NCBI GenBank assembly: GCA_964016885.1
Contig: OZ024741.1
Location: 7,068,001-7,132,000 of the forward strand
Direction: 5' to 3'
From: Eledone cirrhosa
Taxonomy: Eukaryota
Length of the DNA stretch: 64,000 nt
In this document: one piece after another, positions 27,901 through 39,467 of the stretch
How the letters are laid out: the number at the start of each line of letters is the position of its first letter
Position numbering within the stretch: position 1 is the first letter of the stretch
Notes under the pieces: model-generated
Seen by the model: the letters and a program-made list of their open reading frames with translations, nothing else
Told to the model about the DNA's origin: nothing
The model's database searches: none
Program-made: the position numbers and the translations under genes

Positions 27901-30900
27901 TATAAACAGGTTTAAACTAGAAATGTTAGGTAGATGGTATAAATAGGTTTAAAGTAGGAAAATTAAGTTGAGGGTATAAACAGGTTTAAACTAGGAATGT
28001 TAGGTAGAGGGTATAAACAGGTTTAAAGTAGGAATGTTAGGTGAAGGGTATAAATAGGTTTAAACTAGGAATGTTAGGTGGAGGGTATAAATGAGTTTAA
28101 AGTAGGAATGTTAGGTGAAGGCTATAAACAGGTTTAAACTAGGAGTGTTAAGTGGAGGGTATAAACAGGTTTAAACTAGGAGTGTTAGGTGAAGGGTATA
28201 AACAGGTTTAAAGTAGGAGTGTTAGGTGAAGTATAAAAAGGTTTAAACTAGGAATGTTAGGTGGAGGGTATAAACAGGTTTAAACTAGGAATGTTAGGTG
28301 GAGGGTATAAACAGTTTTAAACTAGGAGTGTTAGGTGAAGGCTATAAATAGGTTTAAACTCGAATATTAGGTGGAGGGTATAAATAGGTTTAAACTAGGA
28401 GTGTTAGGTGGAGGGTATAAATAGGTTTAAACTAGGAATGTTAGGTGGAGGGTATAAACAGGTTTAAACTAGAAATGTTAGGTAGAGTGTATAAATAGGT
28501 TTAAAGTAGGAATGTTAGGTGAAGGCTATAAACAGGTTTAAACTAGGAGTGTTAGGTGAAGGACACAAATAGGTTTAAACTAGTAATATTAGGTGGAGGT
28601 TATAAATAGGTTTAAACTAGGAATGTTAGGTGGAGGTTAAAAATAGGTTTAAACTAGGAATATTAGGTGGAGGTTATAAATAGGTTTAAACTAGGAATGT
28701 TAGGTTGAGGGTATAAATATTTTTAAACTAGGAATGTTAGGTAGAAGGTATGAATTGGTTTAAACTAGGAATGTTAGGTGGAGGGTATAAATAGGTTTAA
28801 ACTAGGAGTGTTAGGTGCAGGGTATAAATAGGTTTAAACTAGGAATGTTAGGTGGAGGGTATAAATAGGTTTAAAGTAGGAATGTTAGGCGGAGGGTATA
28901 AATAGGTTTAAACTAGGAATGTTAGGTAGAGGGTATAAATAGGTTTAAAGTAGGAATGTTAGGTAGAGGGTATAAATAGGTTTAAAGTAGGAATGTTAGG
29001 TGGAGGGTATAAATAGGTATAAAGTAGGAATGTTAGGTGAAGGGTATAAATAGGTTTAAACTAGGAATGTTAGGTGGAGGGTATAAATATGTTTAAACTA
29101 GGAGTGTTAGGTGCAGGGTATAAATAGGTTTAAACTAGGAATGTTAGGTGGAGGGTATAAATAGGTTTAAAGTAGGAATGTTAGGCGGAGGGTATAAATA
29201 GGTTTAAACTAGGAATGTTAGGTAGAGGGTATAAATAGGTTTAAAGTAGGAATGTTAGGTAGAGGGTATAAATAGGTTTAAAGTAGGAATGTTAGGTGGA
29301 GGGTATAAATAGGTATAAAGTAGGAATGTTAGGTGAAGGGTATAAACAGGCTTAAACTAGGAATGTTAGGTGGAGGGTATAAACATGTTTAAACTAGAAA
29401 TGTTAGGTAGAGTGTATAAATAGGTTTAAAGTAGGAATGTTAGGTGAAGGCTATAAACAGGTTTAAACTAGGAGTGTTAGGTGGAGGGTATCAACAGGTT
29501 TAAACTAGGAGTGTTAGGTGAAGGGTATAAACAGGTTTAAAGTAGGAGTGTTAGGTGAAGTGTATAAATAGGTTTAAACTAGGAATGTTAGGTGGAGGGT
29601 ATAAATAGGTTTAAACAAGGAATGTTAGGTGGAGGGTATAAACAGTTTTAAACTAGGAGTGTTAGGTGAAGGCTATAAATAGGTTTAAACTAGGAATATT
29701 AGGTGGAGGGTATAAACAGGTTTAAACTAGGAGTGTTAGGTGGAGGGTATAAACAGGTTTAAACTAGGAGTGTTAGGTGGAGGGTATAAACAGGTTTAAA
29801 CTAGGAGTGTTAGGTGAAGGCCACAAATAGGTTTAAACTAGGAATATTAGGTGGAGGTTATAAATAGGTTTAAACTAGGAATGTTAGGTTGAGGGTATAA
29901 ATATTTTTAAACTAGGAATGTTAGGTAGAAGGTATAAATAGGTTTAAACTAGGAATGTTAGGTGGAGGGTATAAATGGGTTTAAATTAGGAGTGTTAGGT
30001 GAAGGGTATAAAAAGGTTTAAACTAGGAATGTTAGGTAGAGGATATAAATAGGTTTAAAATAGGAATTTTAGGTGGAGGGTATAAATAGGTTTAAAGTAG
30101 GAATATTAGGTGAAGGGTATAAATAGGTTTAAACTAGGAATGTTAGGTGGAGGGTATAAATGGGTTTAAAGTAGGAATGTTAGGCGGAGGGTATAAATAG
30201 GTTTAAACTAGGAATTTTAGGTAGAGGGTATAAATAGGTTTAAAGTAGGAATGTTAGGTAGAGGGTATAAATAGGTTTAAAGTAGGAATGTTAGGTGGAG
30301 GTTATAAATAGGTATAAAGTAGGAATGTTAGGTGAAGGGTATAAACAGGTTTAAACTAGGAATGTTAGGTGGAGGGTATAAACAGGTTTAAACTAGGAAT
30401 GTTAGGTGGAGGGTATGAACAGGTTTAAACTAGAAATGTTAGGTAGAGGGTATAAATAGGTTTAAAGTAAGAAAATTAAGTTGAGGGTATAAACAGGTTT
30501 GAACTAGGAATGTTAGGTAGAAGGTATAAACAGGTTTAAAGTAGGAATGTTAGGTGAAGGGTATAAATAGGTTTAAACTAGGAATGTTAGGTGGAGGGTA
30601 TAAATGAGTTTAAAGTAGGAATGTTAGGTGAAGGCTATAAACAGGTTTAAACTAGGAGTGTTAGGTGGAGGGTATAAACAGGTTTAAACTAGGAGTGTTA
30701 GGTGAAGGGTATAAACAGGTTTAAAGTAGGAGTGTTAGGTGAATGGTATAAACAGGTTTAAACTAGGAATGTTAGGTGGAGGGTATAAATAGGTTTAAAC
30801 TAGGAATGTTAGGTGGAGGGTATAAACAGTTTTAAACTAGGAGTGTTAGGTGAAGGCTATAAATAGGTTTAAACTAGGAATATTAGGTGGAGGTTATAAA

Positions 30901-33807
30901 CAGGTTTAAACTAGGAGTGTTAGGTGGAGGGTATAAACAGGTTTAAACTAGGAATGTTAGGTTCAGGGTATAAATAGGTTTAAACTAGGAGTGTTAGGTG
31001 AAGGCTATAAATAGGTTTAAACTAGGAATATTAGGTGGAGGGTATAAATAGGTTTAAACTAGGAGTGTTAGGTGGAGGGCATAAACAGGTTTAAACTAGG
31101 AGTGTTAGGTGAAGGCCACAAATAGGTTTAAACTAGGAATATTAGGTGGAGGGTATAAATAGGTTTAAACTAGGAATGTTAGGTGGAGGTTTAAAATAGG
31201 TTTAAACTAGGAATATTAGGTGGAGGTTATAAATAGGTTTAAACTAGGAATGTTAGGTTGAGGGTATAAATATTTTTAAACTAGGAATGTTAGGTAGAAG
31301 GTATAAATAGGTTTAAACTAGGAATGTTAGGTGAAGGGTACAAATAGGTTTAAACTAGGAGTGTTAGGTGCAGGGTATAAATAGGTTTAAACTAGGAATG
31401 TTAGGTGGAGGGTATAAATAGGTTTAAAGTAGGAATGTTAGGCGGAGGGTATAAACAGGTTTAAACTAGGAATGTTAGGTAGTGGGTATAAATAGGTTTA
31501 AAGTAGGAATGTTAGGTAGAGGGTATAAATAGGTTTAAAGTAGGAATGTTAGGTGGAGGGTATAAATAGGTATAAAGTAGGAATGTTAGGTGAAGGGTAT
31601 AAATAGGTTTAAACTAGGAATGTTAGGTGGATGGTATAAATAGGTTTAAACTAGGAGTGTTAGGTGCAGGGTATAAATAGGTTTAAACTAGGAATGTTAG
31701 GTGGAGGGTATAAATAGGTTTAAAGTAGGAATGTTAGGCGGAGGGTATAAATAGGTTTAAACTAGGAATGTTAGGTAGAGGGTATAAATAGGTTTAAAGT
31801 AGGAATGTTAGGTAGAGGGTATAAATAGGTTTAAAGTAGGAATGTTAGGTGGAGGGTATAAATAGGTATAAAGTAGGAATGTTAGGTGAAGGGTATAAAT
31901 AGGTTTAAACTAGGAATGTTCGGTGGAGGGTATAAACAGGTTTAAACTAGAAATGTTAGGTAGAGGGTATAAACAGGTTTAAAGTAGGAATGTTAGTTGA
32001 AGGCTATAAACAGGTTTAAACTAGGAGTGTTAGGTGGAGGGTATAAACAGGTTTAAACTAGGAGTGTTAGGTGAAGGGTATAAACAGGTTTAAAGTAGGA
32101 GTGTTAGGTGAAGGGTATAAATAGGTTTAAACTAGGAATGTTAGGTGGAGGGTATAAATAGATTTAAACTAGGAATGTTAGGTGGAGGGTATAAACAGTT
32201 TTAAACTAGGAGTGTTAGGTGAAGGCTATAAATAGGTTTAAACTAGGAATATTAGGTGGAGGGTATAAATAGGTTTAAACTAGGAGTGTTGGGTGGAGGG
32301 TATAAATAGGTTTAAACTAGGAATGTTAGGTTCAGGGTATAAACAGGTTTAAACTAGGAGTGATGGGTGAAGGCTATAAATAGGTTTAAACTAGGAATAT
32401 TAGGTGGAGGGTATAAATAGGTTTAAACTAGGAGTGTTAGGTGGAGGGTATAAACAGGTTTAAACTAGGAGTGTTAGGTGAAGGGTATAAACAGGTTTAA
32501 AGTAGGAGTGTTAGGTGAAGGCTATAAACAGGTTTAAACTAAGAGTGTTAGGTGGAGGGTATAAATAGGTTTAAACTAGGAGTGTTAGGTGAAGGGTATA
32601 AACAGGTTTAAAATAGGAGTGTTAGGTGAAGTGTATAAATAGGTTTAAACTAGGAATGTTAGGTGGAGGGTATAAATAGGTTTAAACTAGGAATGTTAGG
32701 TGGAGGGTATAAACAGTTTTAAACTAGGAGTGTTAGGTGAAGGCTATAAATAGGTTTAAACTAGGAATATTAGGTGGAGGGTTTAAATAGGTTTAAACTA
32801 GGAGTGTTAGGTGGAGGGTATAAATAGGTTTAAACTAGGAATGTTAGGTTCAGGGTATAAACAGGTTTAAACTAGGAGTGTTAGGTGAAGGCTATAAATA
32901 GGTTTAAACTAGGAATATTAGGTGGAGGGTATAAATAGGTTTAAACTAGGAGTGTTAGGTGGAGGGTATAAACAGGTTTAAACTAGGAGTATTAGGTGAA
33001 GGCCACAAATAGGTTTAAACTAGGAATATTAGGTGGAGGGTATAAATAGGTTTAAACTAGGAATGTTAGGTGGAGGTTAAAAATAGGTTTAAACTAGGAA
33101 TATTAGGTGGAGGTTATAAATAGGTTTAAACTAGGAATGTTAGGTTGAGGGTATAAATATCTTTAAACTAGGAATGTTAGGTAGAAGTTATAAATAGGTT
33201 TAAACGAGGAATGTTAGGTGGAGGGTATAAATAGGTTTAAACTAGGAGTGTTAGGTGCAGGGTATAAATAGGTTTAAATTAGGAATGTTAGGTGGAGGAT
33301 ATAAATAGGTTTAAACTAGGAATTTTAGGTGGAGGGTATAAATAGGTTTAAAGTAGGAATGTTAGGTGAAGGGTATAAATAGGTTTAAACTAGGAATGTT
33401 AGGTGGAGGGTATAAATAGGTTTAAAGTAGGAATGTTAGGTGAAGGGTATAAATAGGTTTAAACTAGGAATGTTAGGTGGAGGGTATAAACTGGTTTAAA
33501 CTAGGAAAGTTAGTGGAGGGTATAAACAGGTTATAACTAGGAGTGTTAGGTGGAGGGTATAAATAGGTTTAAACTAGGAAAGTTAGGTGGAGGGTATAAA
33601 AGGTTTAAACTAGGAATGTTAGGTGGAGGGTATAAATAGGTTTAAACTACGAAAGTTAGGTGGAGGGTATAAATAGTTTTAAACTAGGAAAGTTAGGTGG
33701 AGGGTATAAATAGGTTTAAACTAGGAATGTTAGGTGGAGGGTATAAACAGGTTTAAACTAGAAATGTTAGGTAGAGGGTATAAATAGGTTTAAAGTAGGA
33801 ATGTTAG

Positions 33808-33817
33808 GTTGAGGGTA
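33808..33817 (+). repeat. Target-site duplication, left copy (GTTGAGGGTA; right copy at 34085-34094)
   Basis: The 10-mer occurs once in an uninterrupted monomer of this variant but appears on both sides of the insert. It is 11 bp if the following T is counted. Confidence 0.9.
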
Positions 33818-33829
33818 TTTTTTAAAATT

Positions 33830-33837
33830 AAAAAAAA
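33830..33837 (-). terminator. Candidate Pol III terminator (T8 on the minus strand) in the SINE tail
   Basis: A8 on the plus strand is the first run of 4 or more T met on the minus strand downstream of the A/B boxes. An equivalent run is present in all 11 copies. Function is inferred. Confidence 0.5.
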
Positions 33838-33867
33838 TATATATATACATATATATATATTTTTTTT
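33830..33867. repeat. AT-only inverted repeat / (TA)n microsatellite in the SINE tail
   Basis: A8-(TA)5-C-(AT)5A-T8 is near-perfectly self-complementary. Run lengths vary slightly among copies. Confidence 0.9.
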
Positions 33868-33977
33868 AGATCGGCTTTCGTCAAATCGGACCAAGGAAAC
33901 AATGTTTCCATTGGTATTTTCAATTGCTGATACTATCTATCGGTCGCAACTCCAGGTAGAAGGAGCAATGTGAAATA

Positions 33978-33997
33978 AAGTGTCTTGCTCAAGGACA
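33978..33997 (-). other. CORE-like SINE central motif
   Basis: TGTCCTTGAGCAAGACACTT matches the MIR/CORE motif TGACCTTGGGCAAGTCACTT (recalled from memory) at 17/20 positions. It lies just downstream of the B box, as expected for a CORE-SINE. Confidence 0.7.
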
Positions 33998-34016
33998 TAA
34001 CGCATCACCCGATCCG

Positions 34017-34028
34017 GGAATCGAACTC
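34017..34028 (-). promoter_or_regulatory. RNA Pol III type-2 internal promoter, B box (copy 1)
   Basis: GAGTTCGATTCC fits GTTCRANNC and lies 31 nt downstream of the A box. Confidence 0.88.
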
Positions 34029-34059
34029 ATAACTTTACGATTGTGACCCAATTCTCTAA

Positions 34060-34071
34060 CCAACTCAGCCA
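34060..34071 (-). promoter_or_regulatory. RNA Pol III type-2 internal promoter, A box (copy 1)
   Basis: TGGCTGAGTTGG fits TRGCNNAGY(N)GG and starts 13 nt after the 5' end of the element. Confidence 0.85.
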
Positions 34072-37000
34072 TACGCCTTCACACGTTGAGGGTATAAATA
34101 GGTTTAAACTAGGAATGTTAGGTAGAGGGTATAAATAGGTTTAAACTAGAAATGTTAGGTAGAGGGTATAAATAGGTTTAAAGTAGGAATGTTGGGTAGA
34201 GGGTATAAACAGGATTGAACTAGGAATGTTAGGTGGAGGGTATAAACAGGTTTAAACTAGAAATGTTAGGTAGAGGGTATAAATAGGTTTAAAGTAGGAA
34301 TGTTAGGTTGAGGGTATAAATAGGTTTAAACTAGGAATGTTAGGTAGAGGGTATAAAGAGGTTTAAACTAGGAATGTTAGGTGGAGGGTATAAATGGGTT
34401 TAAAGTAGAAATGTTAGGTGAAGGCTATAAACAGGTTTAAACTAAGAGTGTTAGGTGGAGGGTATAAATAGGTTTAAACTAGGAGTGTTAGGTGAAGGGT
34501 ATAAATAGGTTTAAAGTAGGAGTGTTAGGTGGAGGGTATAAATAGGTTTAAACTAGGAGTATTAGGTGGAGGGTATAAAAAGGTTTAAACTAGGAATGTT
34601 AGGTTGAGGGTATAAACAGGTTTAAACTAGGAGTGTTAGGTGAAGGCTATTAATAGGTTTAAACTAGGAATATTAGGTGGAGCGTATAAATAGGTTTAAA
34701 CTAGGAGTGTTAAGTGGAGGGTATAAACAGGTTTAAACTAGGAATGTTAGGTAGAGGGTATAAATAGTTTTAAACTAGGAATGTTAGGTGGAGGGTATAA
34801 ACAGTTTTAAACTAGGAATGTTAGGTAGAGGGTATAAAGAGGTTTAAAGTAGGAATCTTAGGCGGAGGGTATAAACAGGTTTAAACTAGGAATGTTAGTT
34901 AGAGGGTATGAATAGTTTTATAGTAGGAATGTTAGGTAGAGGGTATAAATAGGTTTAAAGTAGGAATGTTAGGTGGAGGGTATAAATAGGTTTAAAGTAG
35001 GAGTGTTAGATGAACGCTATAAATAGGTTTAAAGTAGGAAAGTTAGGTGAAGGGTATAAATAGGTTTAAACAAGTAATGTCAGGTGCAGGGTATAAACAG
35101 GTTTAAACTAAGAATCTTAGGTGAAGGGTATAAATATGTTTAAACTAGGAGTGTTAGGTAGAAGGTATAAATAGGTTTAAACTAGGAATATTAGGTGGAG
35201 GGTATAAATAAGTTTAAACTAGGAGTGTTAGGTGAAGGCTATAAATTGGTTTAAACTAGCAATGTCAGGTGCAGGGTATAAATAGGTTTAAACTAGGATT
35301 GTTAGGTGAAGGCTATAAATAGGTTTAAACTAGGAATATTAGGTGGAGGGTATAAATAGGTTTAAACTAGGAATGCTAGGTGGAGGGTATAAATAGGTTT
35401 AAACAAGGAGTGTTAGGTGAAGGCTATAAATAGGTTTAAACTATGAATATTAAGTGGAGGGTATAAATAGGTTTAAACTAGGAGTGTTAGGTGGAGGGTA
35501 TAAAGAGTTTTAAACTAGGAATGTTAGGTGGAGCGTATAAATAGGTTTAAAGTAGGAATGTTATGTAGAGTGTATAAACAGGTTTAAACTAGGAATGTTA
35601 GGTGGAGGGTATAAACAGGTTTAAACTAGGAATGTTAGGTGGAGGGTATAAATAGGTTTAAACTAGGAATGTTAGCTGGAGGGTATAAATAGTTGTAAAC
35701 TAGGAGTGTTAGGTGAAGGCTATAAATAGGTTTAAACTAGGAATATTAGGTGGAGGGTATAAATAGGTTTAAATTAGGAGTGTTAGGTGGAGGGTATAAA
35801 CAGGTTTAAACTAGGAATGTTAGGTTGAGGGTATAAACAGGTTTAAACTAGCAGTGTTAGGTGAAGTCTATTAATAGGTTTAAACTAGGAATATTAGGTG
35901 GAGGGTATAAATAGGTTTAAACTAGGAGTGTTAAGTGGAGGGTATAAACAGATTTAAACTAGGAGTGTTAGGGGAAGGCCATAAATAGGTCTACACTAGG
36001 AATATTAGGTGGAGGGTATAAATAGGTTTAAACTAGGAATGTTAGGTGGAGGTTAAAAATAGGTTTAAGCTAGGAATGTTGGGTGGAGGGTATAAATAGT
36101 TTTAAACTAGGAATGTTAGGTGGAGGGTATAAATATGTTTAAACTAGGAATGTTAGGTAGAATGTATAAATAGGTTTAAACTAGGAATGTTAGGTGGAGG
36201 GTATAAATAGGTTTAAACTAGGAATGTTAGGTGGAGGGTATAAATAGGTTTAAACTAGGAATGTTAGGTAGAGGGTATAAACAGGTTTAAAGTAGGAATG
36301 TTAGGTAGAGGGTATAAATAGGTTTAAAGTAGGAATGTTAGGTGGAGGGTATAAATAGGTTTAAAGTAGGAATGTTAGGTGAAGGGTATAAATAGTTTTA
36401 AACTAGGAATGTTAGGTTGAGGGTATAAACAGGTTTAAACTAGGAATGTTAGATAGAGGGTATAAACAGGTTTAAACTAGAAATGTTAGGTAGAGGGTAT
36501 AAATAGGTTTAAAGTAGGAATGTTAGGTTGAGGGTATAAACAGGTTTAAACTAGGAGTGTTAGGTGAAGGCTATAAATAGGTTTAAACTAGGAATATTAG
36601 GTGGAGGGTATAAATATGTTTAAACTAGGAATGTTAGGTGGAGGGTATAAATAGGTTTAAACTAGGAGTGTTAGTTGAAGGCTATAAATAGGTTTAAACT
36701 AGGAATATTAGGTGGAGGGTATAAATAGGTTTAAACTAGGAATGCTGGGTGGAGGGTATAAATAGGTTTAAACTAGGAGTGTTAGGTGAAGGCTATAAAT
36801 AGGTTTAAACTATGAATATTAAGTGGAGGGTATAAATAGGTTTAAACTAGGAGTGTTAGGTGGAGGGTATAAAGAGTTTTAAACTAGGAATGTTAGGTGG
36901 AGCGTATAAATAGGTTTAAAGTAGGAATGTTTGGTAGAGGGTATAAACAGGTTTAAACTAGGAATGTTAGGTGGAGGGTATAAATAGGTTTAAACTAGGA

Positions 37001-39200
37001 ATGTTAGGTGGAGGGTATAAATAGTTGTAAACTAGGAGTGTTAGGTGAAGGCTATAAATAGGTTTAAACTAGGAATATTAGGTGGAGGGTATAAATAGGT
37101 TTAAATTAGGAGTGTTAGGTGGAGGGTATAAACAGGTTTAAACTAGGAATGTTAGGTTGAGGGTATAAACAGGTTTAACCTAGCAGTATTAGGTGAAGGC
37201 TATTAATAGGTTTAAACTAGGAATATTAGGTGGAGGTTATAAATAGGTTTAAACTAGGAGTGTTAAGTGGAGGGTATAAATAGATTTAAACTAGGAGTGT
37301 TAGGGGAAGGCCATAAATAGGTCTACACTAGGAATATTAGGTGGAGGGTATAAATAGGCTTAAACTAGGAATGTTAGGTGGAGGTTAAAAATAGGTTTAA
37401 ACTAGGAATGTTAGGTGGAGGGTATAAATAGGTTTAAACAAGGAATGTTAGGTGGAGGGTATAAATATGTTTAAACTAGGAATGTTAGGTAGAATGTATA
37501 AATAGGTTTAAACTAGGAATGTTAGGTGGAGGGTATAAATAGGTTTAAACTAGGAATGTTAGGTGGAGGGTATAAATAGGTTTAAACTAGGAATGTTAGG
37601 TAGATCGTATAAACAGGTTTAAAGTAGGAATGTTAGGTTGAGGGTATAAACAGGTTTAAATTAGGAATGTTAGGTAGAGGGTATAAATAGGTTTAAAGTA
37701 GGAATGTTAGGTAGAGGGTATAAACAGGTTTAAAGTAGGTATGTTAGATGGAGGGTATAGAGAGGTTTATAGTAGGAATGTCAGGTGAAGTGTATAAATG
37801 GGTTTAAACTAGGAATGTTAGGTAGAGTGTATAAACAGGTTTAAACTAGGAATGTTAGGTGGAGGGTATAAACAGGTTTAAACTAGAAATGTTAGGTAGA
37901 GGGTATAAATAGGTTTAAAGTAGGAAAATTAGGTTGAGGGTATAAACAGGTTTAAACTAGGAATGTTAGGTAGAGGGTATAAACAGGTTTAAAGTAGGAA
38001 TGTTAGGTGAAGGGTATAAACAGGTTTAAACTAGGAATGTTAGGTGGAGGGTATAAATAGGTTTAAACTAGGAATGTTAGGTGGAGGGTATAAATAGGTT
38101 TAAACTAGGAATGTTAGGTGGAGGGTATAAACAGTTTTAAACTAGGAGTGTTAGGTGAAGGCTATAAACAGGTTTAAACTAGGAATGTTAGGTGAAGTGT
38201 ATAAATAGGTTTAAACTAGGAATGTTAGGTGGAGGGTATAAATAGGTTTAAACTAGGAATGTTAGGTGGAGGGTATAAACAGTTTTAAACTAGGAGTGTT
38301 AGGTGAAGGCTATAAATAGGTTTAAACTAGGAATATTAGGTGGAGGGTATAAACAGGTTTAAACTAGGAGTGTTAGGTGGAGGGTATAAACAGGTTTAAA
38401 CTAGGAGTGTTAGGTGGAGGGTATAAACAGGTTTAAACTAGGAGTGTTAGGTGAAGGCCACAAATAGGTTTAAACTAGGAATATTAGGTGGAGGGTATAA
38501 ATAGGTTTAAACTAGGAATGTTAGGTGGAGGTAAAAAATAGGTTTAAACTAGGAATATTAGGTGGAGGTTATAAATAGGTTTAAACTAGGAATGTTAGGT
38601 TGAGGGTATAAATATTTTTAAACTAGGAATGTTAGGTAGAAGGTATAAATAGGTTTAAACTAGGAATGTTAGGTGGAGGGTATAAATGGGTTTAAACTAG
38701 GAGTGTTAGGTGAAGGGTATAAAAAGGTTTAAACTAGGAATGTTAGGTAGAGGATATAAATAGGTTTAAAATAGGAATTTTAGGTGGAGGGTATAAATAG
38801 TTTTAAAGTAGGAATGTTAGGTGAAGGGTATAAATAGGTTTAAACTAGGAATGTTAGGTGGAGGGTATAAATGGGTTTAAAGTAGGAATGTTAGGCGGAG
38901 GGTATAAATAGGTTTAAACTAGGAATGTTAGGTAGAGGGTATAAATAGGTTTAAAGTAGGAATGTTAGGTAGAGGGTATAAATAGGTTTAAAGTAGGAAT
39001 GTTAGGTGGAGGTTATAAATAGGTATAAAGTAGGAATGTTAGGTGAAGGGTATAAACAGGTTTAAACTAGGAATGTTAGGTGGAGGGTATAAACAGGTTT
39101 AAACTAGGAATGTTAGGTGGATGGTATAAACAGGTTTAAACTAGAAATGTTAGGTAGAGGGTATTAATAGGTTTAAAGTAGGAATGTTAGGTTGAGGGTA

Positions 39201-39467
39201 TTTTTTAAAATTAAAAAAAATATATATATACATATATATATATTTTTTTTAGATCGACTTTCGTCAAATCGGACCAAGGAAACAATGTTTCCATTGGTCT
39301 TTTCAATTGCTGATACTATCTATCGGTCGCAACTCCAGGTAGAAGGAGCAATGTGAAATAAAGTGTCTTGCTCAAGGACATAACGCATCACCCGATCCGG
39401 GAATTGAACTCATAACTTCACGATTGTGACCCAATTCTCTAACCAACTCAGCCATACGCCTTCACAC
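39201..39467 (-). mobile_element. SINE copy 2
   Basis: Same insert with both TSD copies intact. The B box reads GAGTTCAATTCC (a CpG transition that still fits the consensus). Confidence 0.92.

Larger units (their letters stand above)
33818..34084 (-). mobile_element. tRNA-derived SINE (CORE-like), copy 1, 267 bp
   Basis: The minus strand reads GTGTGAAGGCGTA-TGGCTGAGTTGG (A box)...GAGTTCGATTCC (B box)...TGTCCTTGAGCAAGACACTT (CORE-like)...A/TA-rich tail. It is flanked by direct repeats GTTGAGGGTA at 33808-33817 and 34085-34094. Confidence 0.92.

Noticed and set aside
33868-33975. Hammerhead ribozyme, as known from some satellite and retrozyme repeats
   Set aside because: GACGAAA lies on the minus strand and CTGATAC on the plus strand. 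No single strand has CUGANGA, stem II and GAAA in the correct order. An Infernal/Rfam scan would settle it.
34005-34080. Functional tRNA gene array
   Set aside because: A and B boxes are present, but I cannot fold a convincing acceptor or anticodon stem. The head runs into a CORE-like body, tail and TSD typical of a SINE. tRNAscan-SE would be expected to give no call or a pseudogene call.
33818-34084. MITE or DNA transposon
   Set aside because: There are no terminal inverted repeats at the insert ends. The palindrome is confined to one end, and the Pol III boxes plus tail indicate a retroposon.
34085-34115. Satellite-supplied upstream TATA element for the SINE promoter
   Set aside because: The AT-rich motifs fall at about -10 to -24 rather than near -30, and such motifs are unavoidable given the monomer composition.
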